Shown: positions 1 through 7,859 of the stretch, piece by piece
Position numbering within the stretch: the stretch's first letter is position 1
How the letters are laid out: each line of letters opens with the position of its first letter
Source of the DNA: Candidatus Poribacteria bacterium
GTDB taxonomy: Bacteria; Abyssobacteria; SURF-5
Assembly (NCBI GenBank): GCA_016215705.1
Contig: JACRIR010000130.1
Location: forward strand, 1,456-65,455
Reading direction: 5' to 3'
DNA: 64,000 nt
Made by a program: the position numbers and the translations under genes
Notes under the pieces: model-generated
What the model was told of the DNA's origin: nothing
Seen by the model: the letters and a program-made list of their open reading frames with translations, nothing else
Database searches by the model: none

Positions 1-692
1 ACGCGCCGAATGTTGCCGTACTTATTGAGATTAAAGACGATAATTGGAAGGTTGTTGTCCATGCACAGAGTGATGGCCGAATTGTCCATCACTCTCAAGC
101 CGCGTTTCAATACGTCGAGGTAACCAAGCCGCGAGAACTTGCGCGCCTTTTTGTCTTTCTCCGGGTCGGCGTTGTAAACCCCGTCCACCTTTGTCCCCTT
201 GAGGATGACCTCGGCGCCTATTTCGCTCGCTCGCAAAGCCGAAGCCGTATCGGTCGAAAAATACGGATTGCCGGTGCCGCCGGCAAAGATAACAATGCGC
301 CCTTTTTCGAGATGGCGAATGGCCCTGCGGCGTATGTAAGGCTCGGCCAGTTCCTTCATCTCGATGGCCGACATTACACGCGTGACGACACCGGCCTTCT
401 CGAGGCCGTCCTGAAGCGCGAGCGCATTCAGGATGGTGGCCAGCATTCCCATATAGTCGGCCGTCGAGCGGTCCATTCCCTCGGCGGCAGCCTGGATTCC
501 TCTGAAGATGTTTCCGCCGCCGATGACGATTGCGATTTCCGTCGGAATCTCGGCCAGGACGTCCTTTATCTGACCCGAAATGCTTGTGATGACTTTCGTG
601 TCGATGCCGTACTGTTGCGAGCCCTGCATCGCTTCTCCACTCAGTTTGAGAAGCACTCGCCGGTAAACCGCTTTCCTCACGGGCTTTGTCAT
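1..692 (-). CDS. pyrH: UMP kinase, C-terminus truncated by window edge
   Basis: Reverse-complement translation starts [21 protein letters not shown]...[11 protein letters not shown]...[12 protein letters not shown], the classic amino-acid kinase motifs. Start codon ATG lies at 690-692 on the minus strand, in conserved rpsB-tsf-pyrH synteny. Confidence 0.9.
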   Translation of the reverse strand, partial: MTKPVRKAVYRRVLLKLSGEAMQGSQQYGIDTKVITSISGQIKDVLAEIPTEIAIVIGGGNIFRGIQAAAEGMDRSTADYMGMLATILNALALQDGLEKAGVVTRVMSAIEMKELAEPYIRRRAIRHLEKGRIVIFAGGTGNPYFSTDTASALRASEIGAEVILKGTKVDGVYNADPEKDKKARKFSRLGYLDVLKRGLRVMDNSAITLCMDNNLPIIVFNLNKYGNIRR

Positions 693-699
693 GTTCTTC

Positions 700-1299
700 T
701 CAGAGTTCCTCCCCGAGTTGGAATCGGACAAACCGCCTCACCACGACGTTTTCTCCGATTTTGGCTATCACGGAGGTTACGAAATCCTGAACGGTCATAT
801 TGCGGTCGCGGATGAATTCCTGCTCGAGCAGGCATGCGCGCGAGTAAAAAGTCTCGAGTTTGCCGGCGACTATCTTCTCGATTACTTTTTCCGGCTTGCC
901 GGTCTGGCGGGCCTGTGTCTCGGCAATCTGCTTCTCCTTTTCGAGCAGGTCAGCGGGCACTTCCTCACGGCGCACGCAGATCGGATTTTCCGAGCAAACC
1001 TGCATCGCCAGGTTCTTCGCCAGGTCCCTGAATTCATCCGTGCGGGCCACGAAATCGGTTTCGCAGTTGACCTCGACGAGCACGCCTATCTTCGAGCCCG
1101 CGTGCACGTATGAGCCGATGATGCCTTCGCTTGCGACGCGGCCTGCCCGCTTCGAGGCGTCGGCAATTCCCTTCTCACGAAGGTACTGAACAGCGGCATC
1201 GAAGTCTCCACCTTTTTCGGTAAGGGCCTTCTTGCAGTCCATCATTCCGGCGCCCGTCTTCTCCCGAAGCTCTTTTACCATCTGCGCAGTTATCGTCAT
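700..1299 (-). CDS. tsf: Translation elongation factor Ts
   Basis: ORF-track protein contains [26 protein letters not shown]...[15 protein letters not shown], the EF-Ts UBA-like N-terminus and core. Start taken at the internal Met (MTITAQ); the upstream extension is unlikely to be real. Confidence 0.9.
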   Translation of the reverse strand: MTITAQMVKELREKTGAGMMDCKKALTEKGGDFDAAVQYLREKGIADASKRAGRVASEGIIGSYVHAGSKIGVLVEVNCETDFVARTDEFRDLAKNLAMQVCSENPICVRREEVPADLLEKEKQIAETQARQTGKPEKVIEKIVAGKLETFYSRACLLEQEFIRDRNMTVQDFVTSVIAKIGENVVVRRFVRFQLGEEL

Positions 1300-1344
1300 G
1301 AAGCCTTCTCCAATCTTTTTTGGGATGCGTCCTATGCAGAGAAG

Positions 1345-1400
1345 CGCACATATGAGCTTATTCAGAGACGCCATGCAGCATGGCGTCCCCGAACAAGCGC
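1345..1400. repeat. REP-1 palindromic repeat copy (variant: GCTTATTCAGAGACGCCATGCAGCATGGCGTCCCCGAACAAGCGC)
   Basis: Imperfect palindrome between tsf and rpsB, sharing the arms and CATGC-GCATG centre with 10 other copies in the window. Confidence 0.7.
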
Positions 1401-1467
1401 GGGTTTCTTACGAGAAACGTGTGTCTTCTTGGGGTTGCTCTACAAACCGCGGGAAAGAGGCCGCGCC

Positions 1468-2280
1468 TCATTTGACGTCCGGGTCATTCTCTGGCTCTTC
1501 GGGAATTGCAGATGACGGACGGGTCGATGAAGCGACCGTTTCTTCCGCGCGTGTTTCCGCGCCCAGCTCGGTTCCCGGAACTTCGCGTCCCTCGAGGGCG
1601 CGCGCCTTTGCGTCGAGCACGGCGTCGGCAATGAAAGTAGTGAACAGCTTTATGGAGCGAATAGCGTCGTCGTTACCGGGTATCGGGTAGGTAACGTCGT
1701 CGGGGTCACAGTTTGTGTCAACAACTCCCACAGCGGGGATTTCCAGTTTCTTCGCCTCAGCGACTCCGATTGTTTCCTTTTTCGTGTCGATGATGAAAAT
1801 TGCGGAGGGTAGTTCCCCCATGTCCTTAATGCCAGACAGGTTTCTGTCCAGCTTGCTCTTTTCCTTCATGAGTTTGGCGATTTCCTTCTTCGTCATGTTG
1901 CCGAACTCGCCGTCCTGCTCCATCTTCTCGATCTTCTTGAGGCGGCGAATGCTCTTTTTGATGGTCTCAAAATTGGTCAATGTGCCGCCAAGCCAGCGGT
2001 TGGTCATGTAGAACATGCCGCAGCGCACGGCCTGCTCGCGCACCACTTCCTGGGCCTGCCTCTTCGTGCCTACAAAGAGGACGGTTCCTCCGCCTTCGAC
2101 GGTCTCGCGGATGAAATGATACACGGCATTCACCTGCTGAATAGTTTTCTGCAGGTCGATTATGTACACCCCATTGCGCTCGCCGAAAATGAACTTTTTC
2201 ATTTTCGGGTTCCACCTGCGCGCCTGATGGCCGAAATGCACGCCGGCCTCAAGCAACTGTTTCATGGTCACTATCGCCAT
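1468..2280 (-). CDS. rpsB: 30S ribosomal protein S2
   Basis: [46 protein letters not shown]...VDTNCDPD, the canonical S2 sequence. Start taken at MAIVTM; the N-terminal extension in the ORF track is rejected. Confidence 0.92.
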   Translation of the reverse strand: MAIVTMKQLLEAGVHFGHQARRWNPKMKKFIFGERNGVYIIDLQKTIQQVNAVYHFIRETVEGGGTVLFVGTKRQAQEVVREQAVRCGMFYMTNRWLGGTLTNFETIKKSIRRLKKIEKMEQDGEFGNMTKKEIAKLMKEKSKLDRNLSGIKDMGELPSAIFIIDTKKETIGVAEAKKLEIPAVGVVDTNCDPDDVTYPIPGNDDAIRSIKLFTTFIADAVLDAKARALEGREVPGTELGAETRAEETVASSTRPSSAIPEEPENDPDVK

Positions 2281-2650
2281 TCGATGAACCTCCCTGATTT
2301 TGGTTTGTCCACGGCTGCTGCGCCCGCGGGCAATCACGCCAAGAGCGTGACACCAGCCCGACAAGTTGTCTCACACCCTGAGACCGCAGAGCCTGTGTTT
2401 TGGTTAACAAATAATATAGCATATCGGGCTCCTTCATGGCAACTTCGGCCTTGACTTTGAAACTGTTCCCTTTGCTTTGTGCTTTTTGGTCGGCAAGTCA
2501 AACCACTGCGCGAGAAAAATCCGGCTTGAAATTCGGCCTGAAAATTGCTATGATAACAAATGATATTGTTAACCGTGGCTGGCACAACAATAATCAAGAC
2601 AATCTGAAGGAAAGACCCCGCTTTATGTGTCTTAAGGGAAAAAGTCTGTC

Positions 2651-3118
2651 TTGGAACTATACATCTTCGCGTGTCAGCACCGTGTCCCCGATGAGTGGCG
2701 TCCCCCGTTCTCGCCAGAGGAAATCAGCGGTCACAGAGTACGCCTGATCCAACTTCCTTGTTCCGCGAAGCTTAGTACCGTCCAGTTGCTCCGACCGTTT
2801 GAAAAAGGGATTGGTGGCATCATTGTATTGGCCTGCAGTGAATCGGGCTGCCGGTCGCTCGAGGGCAGTCGTCGCGCCCGATTGCGTGTTCTCGAGGCCA
2901 ACAATGTTCTCGACGAACTCGGCATGAGCGGCGCCCGCGTGCTCATAAAACAGGCAGACGAGCGAGACAAAATGCCTATTATTGAGGCAGTGAACGAGCT
3001 TTCGGACCGGATAGAAAAGCTTGGGCCAAGCGAGGAAGTCCGAAGAGAGAAGGGTGAAGGCTCAGAGCAGATGGAAAAGCCGGGCTTGAACCCGGCAAAG
3101 GGAAGTATCAAGAAATGA
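2651..3118 (+). CDS. MvhD/FlpD-like (methyl-viologen-reducing hydrogenase delta subunit family) electron-transfer protein
   Basis: Layout ...IQLPCSAKL...GIGGIIVLACSESGCRSLEGS...IEKLG matches the FlpD/MvhD domain pattern. The stop overlaps the metV start, so the two are translationally coupled. Confidence 0.6.
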   Translation: MELYIFACQHRVPDEWRPPFSPEEISGHRVRLIQLPCSAKLSTVQLLRPFEKGIGGIIVLACSESGCRSLEGSRRARLRVLEANNVLDELGMSGARVLIKQADERDKMPIIEAVNELSDRIEKLGPSEEVRREKGEGSEQMEKPGLNPAKGSIKK

Positions 3119-3795
3119 TTATTGCAGAACGTAAACCGTTGGAAGAGATATTGAGCATGATCGGCCAAGCTCGGTCGGTACTGATAGCCGGTTGCGCCAC
3201 GTGTGTGGCCGATTGCATGGCCGGCGGTGAGCGAGAGGTCGGCATCCTGGCGTCGGCCTTGCGCATAGCGCAGAGGCAGAGAAACGGGGATGTTGAGTTT
3301 GTCGAGGCGACCGTCGAGCGCCAGTGCGAACGTGAATTCATTGACCGCATCCGCGAACTGGTTGAGAAAGCCGACATTGTGATCTCGACTGCGTGCGGAA
3401 TCGGAGTGCAGGCAATGGCCGAGCGCTACGGCACAAAGCCCATCTATCCGGGCGTCAACACCAGGTTTCTCGGGCTTCGCGAGGAGGAGGGTTTGTGGAC
3501 CGAACGCTGCGGGGCGTGCGGCGATTGCACGCTCCATTTGACCGGCGGCGTCTGTCCCGTGGCACGTTGCTCGAAGAGCCTGCTCAATGGCCCGTGCGGC
3601 GGCTCGACAAAGGGCAAGTGCGAGGTCTCCGACGAGATTGATTGCGGCTGGCAACTGATTGTGGACCGTCTGAAGGCACTGGGCCAACTTGACCTGTTGG
3701 AAGTAAACATTCCGCCGAAGAACTGGGCCTCCGGTCGCCACGGTGGACCGCGGAAAGTAATAAAGAAAGAGCTGAGAGATGAAAAGCGGAAGTAA
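3115..3795 (+). CDS. metV: Methylene-THF reductase C-terminal-domain (zinc-ribbon) protein MetV
   Basis: Cys-rich motifs AGCATCVADC, CGACGDC, GPCGG...KCEV are typical of the MTHFR_C/MetV family. It lies immediately upstream of metF. Confidence 0.7.
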   Translation: MIIAERKPLEEILSMIGQARSVLIAGCATCVADCMAGGEREVGILASALRIAQRQRNGDVEFVEATVERQCEREFIDRIRELVEKADIVISTACGIGVQAMAERYGTKPIYPGVNTRFLGLREEEGLWTERCGACGDCTLHLTGGVCPVARCSKSLLNGPCGGSTKGKCEVSDEIDCGWQLIVDRLKALGQLDLLEVNIPPKNWASGRHGGPRKVIKKELRDEKRK

Positions 3796-4714
3796 CCTGG
3801 AGAAGGTGTTGCAGGCCGGCCACTTTGCGGTCACCGCCGAATTGGGGCCCCCGATGGGCTGCAACGCCGAAGTGGTTCAAAAGAAAATCCAACTGCTCGG
3901 GGGCGTTGCCGACGCTTATAACGTCACTGACTGCCAGACGGCGGTCGTTCGCATGAGCAGCATCGCGACGTCGATTTTTCTCGTTCAGTCGGGTTTGGAG
4001 CCTGTCATGCAGATGACGTGTCGCGATCGTAACCGGATCGCGATGCAGAGCGATATTCTCGGCGCGGCTGCGCACGGAATCAAGAATTGTCTTTGCATCG
4101 CAGGCGACCACCAGTCGTTCGGTGCAGCGGGCAAGCTCAAGGGGCATCCGGGCGCGAAGAACGTCTACGATGTTGACTCGATCCAACTGGTAGGGATACT
4201 GAAAGGCCTCCGCGACGAAGCGCGGCAGCAGGGAGGCGACCCGCTCGACGGGCGCGCGCCGCTGTTTATCGGAGCGGCTTGGACTCCTCTCGGCGACCCG
4301 GTTGAAATCCGTACAATGCGACTGGCTAAGAAAGTCAACGCAGGCGCCGATTTCGTCCAGACCCAGGCGGTCTTCGATATTGAGCGCTTTTCGGAAGCGA
4401 TGAAGAAAGCGCGCGACCGAGGATTGCACGAGCGCGTGGCTATTCTGGCCGGTATTATTGTGCCGAAGAGCGGGGGAATGCTTGCATATATGAACGAGTC
4501 GGTCCCCGGCGTGACTGTGCCGGAAGGGTTGATTCGCCGCATGAAAGGCGCGTCTGATCCGAAGGCCGAGGGCGTGGCCATCGCGATCGAGCTTGTGCAA
4601 CAGATCAAGCAGATAGAAGGCGTCCGCGGCGTTCATATCCAGGCGATTGAGTGGGAAGCCGCAGTGAGATCGGTCGTTGAAGGCGCAGGGCTTCTGCCCC
4701 GCCCAAAGCTGTAG
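3779..4714 (+). CDS. metF: 5,10-methylenetetrahydrofolate reductase (MetF, acetogen/anaerobe type)
   Basis: VTAELGPP...VTDCQTAVVRMS...QMTCRDRNR...GIKNCLCIAGDH...VQTQAVFD are the MetF TIM-barrel motifs. Confidence 0.85.
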   Translation: MKSGSNLEKVLQAGHFAVTAELGPPMGCNAEVVQKKIQLLGGVADAYNVTDCQTAVVRMSSIATSIFLVQSGLEPVMQMTCRDRNRIAMQSDILGAAAHGIKNCLCIAGDHQSFGAAGKLKGHPGAKNVYDVDSIQLVGILKGLRDEARQQGGDPLDGRAPLFIGAAWTPLGDPVEIRTMRLAKKVNAGADFVQTQAVFDIERFSEAMKKARDRGLHERVAILAGIIVPKSGGMLAYMNESVPGVTVPEGLIRRMKGASDPKAEGVAIAIELVQQIKQIEGVRGVHIQAIEWEAAVRSVVEGAGLLPRPKL

Positions 4715-4750
4715 GCGCCGATTTATTCGCACAGGGAAAAGAACAAGCAA

Positions 4751-6220
4751 ATGCCAAAGAAATATCATATAACCGCACAGGTGATGCCGCCCCGTTTTGC
4801 GCCTGTGCCCAAATACTCGATGATCGAGAAAGAGGGGTGTCTCGGGTGTCTCCAGTGCGCCAAGCGCGAATGCGTCTATGACGTCTATAAGAATCGGAAA
4901 TTCGATCCCGAGCAGATGATCGATTCTATAGACTATCTCTGCAAGAATTGCCTGCGCTGTATCCAGGGCTGCAAGAACCAGATTATATCAAAGATGTGCA
5001 ATCCTGATTACCAGGCGCTTGGCGACGAATACTGGAAGCCTGCCCTCATCTCGAGCCTGTGGGACCAGGCCACCAGCGGCAAGATTCCGGTCTCCGGCGC
5101 AGGATACCGCGGGCCGTTCTCGGGTCCGGGGTTTGACTCGATGTGGACCGATATGTCGGAGATTGTGCGGCCCACCCGCGACGGGATTCACGGCCGCGAA
5201 TACATCAGCACGTCCGTCGATATTGGCCGCAAGCTTGCGCAACTCGATTTCGGTCCGCGCGGCGAATTGCTCTCCGTAGCCCCACCGCTTGTCGAGATTC
5301 CCGTTCCGTTCATATTTGACAAGCTCCCGTTCGGCGTCATGAACGAGAATGTGCGGACCGGTTTGGTGCGCGCCGCCGAGATAGTTGGAACGATGTTGGT
5401 CATTCCGCAAAGCGACATTGACTGGAAACTGATGGCGCACATTGACAACATAATTCCGTTGATTACGGCTTTGACGCCTATCCGGGAACATGATGCGGCA
5501 TCACGTCCCCAAACAGGCGAGAGTCTTTTGGGAGAAATCATCGCGCGAGCGAGAATGATCGAACTGGAGGATGGCCCGGACGTCGCGAAGCAGATGGCGG
5601 CGGTTAAGGGAATCAATCCGTCGGTGGTGACGTGCATTCGCATGCCTGCGAGCAAGACCGTGGCCGGTCGCGTCGAGGAACTCACCCGTTCGGGCGCGGA
5701 AGTCATTCATATTATTGCCGATTGGCAGGGCGAAGAAACATGCGACCCTGCGGAGACAGGGCATGCTGCGCCCTCTCCCAGATTCATCAAAGAAGTGTTG
5801 CGCGAGGTTCATTTGAACCTGATAGACAAAGCGTTGCGTGATGAGGTCACTATCATAGCCGGCGGCGGCATCGCGATGGCCGAACACGTGGCCAAGGCGA
5901 TCATATGCGGGGCCGATCTCGTTGGCGTAGACATGGCGCTCGAGGTTGCGCTGGAGTGCCGGATGTGCAAGCGATGTCTGCATGGGCTGAGCTGTCCCGT
6001 GACCATTGAGGCGGTTGACTCCGAGTGGGCTGCTCTGCGAATTCGCAACCTGATTTGTTCGTGGCATTCACAGTTGATAGAGGTGCTCGGCGCGATGGGA
6101 ATCCGCGAAGTTCGACGGCTTCGAGGCGAAGTCGGCCGGGCGTTGTTCTTTGAAGATCTTGAAAAGGAGGCGTTCGGGGATGTCAGAATCGCCCCAGACA
6201 CTTACTATTCAACAAGATAG
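4751..6220 (+). CDS. Glutamate-synthase domain-2 (FMN TIM-barrel)-like protein with N-terminal Cys-cluster (ferredoxin-like) region; divergent paralog
   Basis: N-terminus carries CLGCLQCAKREC...CKNCLRCIQGC. C-terminus carries TIIAGGGIAMAEHVAKAIICGADLVGVD...CRMCKRC, resembling the GltS FMN-domain end but lacking the canonical GG(S/T)GA. Confidence 0.6.
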   Translation: MPKKYHITAQVMPPRFAPVPKYSMIEKEGCLGCLQCAKRECVYDVYKNRKFDPEQMIDSIDYLCKNCLRCIQGCKNQIISKMCNPDYQALGDEYWKPALISSLWDQATSGKIPVSGAGYRGPFSGPGFDSMWTDMSEIVRPTRDGIHGREYISTSVDIGRKLAQLDFGPRGELLSVAPPLVEIPVPFIFDKLPFGVMNENVRTGLVRAAEIVGTMLVIPQSDIDWKLMAHIDNIIPLITALTPIREHDAASRPQTGESLLGEIIARARMIELEDGPDVAKQMAAVKGINPSVVTCIRMPASKTVAGRVEELTRSGAEVIHIIADWQGEETCDPAETGHAAPSPRFIKEVLREVHLNLIDKALRDEVTIIAGGGIAMAEHVAKAIICGADLVGVDMALEVALECRMCKRCLHGLSCPVTIEAVDSEWAALRIRNLICSWHSQLIEVLGAMGIREVRRLRGEVGRALFFEDLEKEAFGDVRIAPDTYYSTR

Positions 6221-7694
6221 TTACGCGCATCTGAGGGGACGCGAGGCTATGGACACGCCTTCGCGTTTCCGGAACCGCGTGTCCAAATATCGGGTGTTCC
6301 GCAGCAGCGCATGCACCGCGTGCAACAAATGCGCCGAGTTGTGCCCTTACGGAGTCCACGTCCGCAGCGGCGACCGGATGCTTCGGCCCCGGGAGGCGTT
6401 TTGTATCGGGCTTGCATGCCGAAGCAACGACTTCTATTGCATATCCCAATGCCCTGAGAAAGCCTTGTCGATGGCGCTCAATCCTCTGTTTGAAACAATG
6501 GGCGACGCACGCTGGTCGGCCGATATGATACTCGCGACGTGGGTGATGGCCGAAACCGGGGACGTCCCTTCCGGCGGTCTTGAATATGAATTCGGCCGCT
6601 CAGGCGGGGGCTTCGACAAGCTGGCATTCGATTTTCCAAAAAAGCCGGCGATCAGTCTCGACGAGGAGGAGATAGACCTCAGTGTTGAGCTAAACCGCAG
6701 CGGCGACGAAGCCGAGCGGATAAGCATTGATATCCCGGTTTACGGCGGCGGCATGTCGTTCGGCTCGGTGAGCGAGCACACGATTCTTGGCCGCTGCATT
6801 GCCGCTCGCAACTGGAACACTTTCACGTGCACGGGAGAGGGCGGCTATATCGAGTCGATAGTCCCGTTTGCGAAACACGTGATCACGCAGGTGGCCACGG
6901 GCCTTTTCGGCGTGCGCGAAGAGACGATTCAGCGAGCGCGCATTATTGAGTTTAAATACGCACAAGGGGCCAAACCCGGCCTGGGCGGCCATCTTCTCGG
7001 AGACAAAGTGACGCCGCAGGTGGCCCGAATGCGGGAAGCGGTCGCAGGCAGTTCGCTGTTCTCGCCGTTCCCGTTCCATTCAGTGTATTCGGTCGAAGAC
7101 CATAAGAAACACGTCGACTGGATAAAAGCAATAACTCCGAGGTCGCTCATCTCGGTGAAAGTCTCGACGCCGACCGACGTGGACATGGTGGCCGTGGGCA
7201 GTTACTATGCAGGCGCACACATCGTGCACATAGACGGAAGCTATGGCGGCACGGGCGCGGCCCCCGACATCGCGAAGAAGAACATCGCGATGCCGATTGA
7301 ATACGCGATCCCGAAGGTTCATAAATTCCTCCGAGAGGAGGGCGTCCGCGACCGAATCGTCCTGGTCGCGTCCGGCGGCCTGCGCAACCCGTGGGACATT
7401 GCGAAGGCGATAGCTTTGGGCGCCGACGCAGTAGTGATCGGAACGGCTGAAATGGTTGCGCTCGAATGCATCCGCTGCGCCAATTGCGAGAGCGGCAGGG
7501 GATGCGCGCGAGGTATCGCCACGACTGACCCCGAATTGACGGAATTGATCCAGGTTGACTACGCTGCGCGGCGACTGAGCAATCTCTACCTGGCCTGGAG
7601 CAAAGAACTGAAACGCATACTAAAGCGGTTGGGAATGAGAAGCATACGCGAGTTGGTTGGCCGAACCGATTGTTTGATGCGTTTGAGGTCCTAA
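6180..7694 (+). CDS. gltB: Archaeal-type glutamate synthase FMN-binding subunit (GltB domain 2) with N-terminal 4Fe-4S ferredoxin domain
   Basis: CTACNKCAELCPYGV, then YGGGMSFGSVS...KYAQGAKPGLGGHL...DGSYGGTGAAP...LVASGGLRNPWDIAKAIALGAD...ALECIRCANC. Start chosen at MSESPQ (ATG 6180), 13 nt after a perfect AAGGAGG. Confidence 0.85.
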   Translation: MSESPQTLTIQQDSYAHLRGREAMDTPSRFRNRVSKYRVFRSSACTACNKCAELCPYGVHVRSGDRMLRPREAFCIGLACRSNDFYCISQCPEKALSMALNPLFETMGDARWSADMILATWVMAETGDVPSGGLEYEFGRSGGGFDKLAFDFPKKPAISLDEEEIDLSVELNRSGDEAERISIDIPVYGGGMSFGSVSEHTILGRCIAARNWNTFTCTGEGGYIESIVPFAKHVITQVATGLFGVREETIQRARIIEFKYAQGAKPGLGGHLLGDKVTPQVARMREAVAGSSLFSPFPFHSVYSVEDHKKHVDWIKAITPRSLISVKVSTPTDVDMVAVGSYYAGAHIVHIDGSYGGTGAAPDIAKKNIAMPIEYAIPKVHKFLREEGVRDRIVLVASGGLRNPWDIAKAIALGADAVVIGTAEMVALECIRCANCESGRGCARGIATTDPELTELIQVDYAARRLSNLYLAWSKELKRILKRLGMRSIRELVGRTDCLMRLRS

Positions 7695-7859
7695 GAAAGG
7701 GGAAAGGAGCAAGGCGAAAGGGGAAGAGCCAAGAAACAGAAAGATTGCTTCGCTCCGCTCGCAATGACCCGATGGGTATGCTGTTTCTCCAATGATTAAT
7801 CCTGCTGCAGACGGGCTGGGCGCTTGAAATACCAGCGAAGGGCTCGGTTAGGAACAAGG

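Noticed and set aside
2560-2600. Sigma-54-like element TGGCAC-N5 upstream of the mvhD-like gene
   Set aside because: The -24 GG is present, but the -12 element reads TAAT, not TTGC(A/T). That is not convincing without an EBP gene or UAS nearby.
2731-4768. Two long minus-strand ORFs (377 aa and 394 aa)
   Set aside because: Antisense to the mvhD-like, metV and metF genes, which have clear family motifs; Ser/Arg/Pro-rich junk composition.
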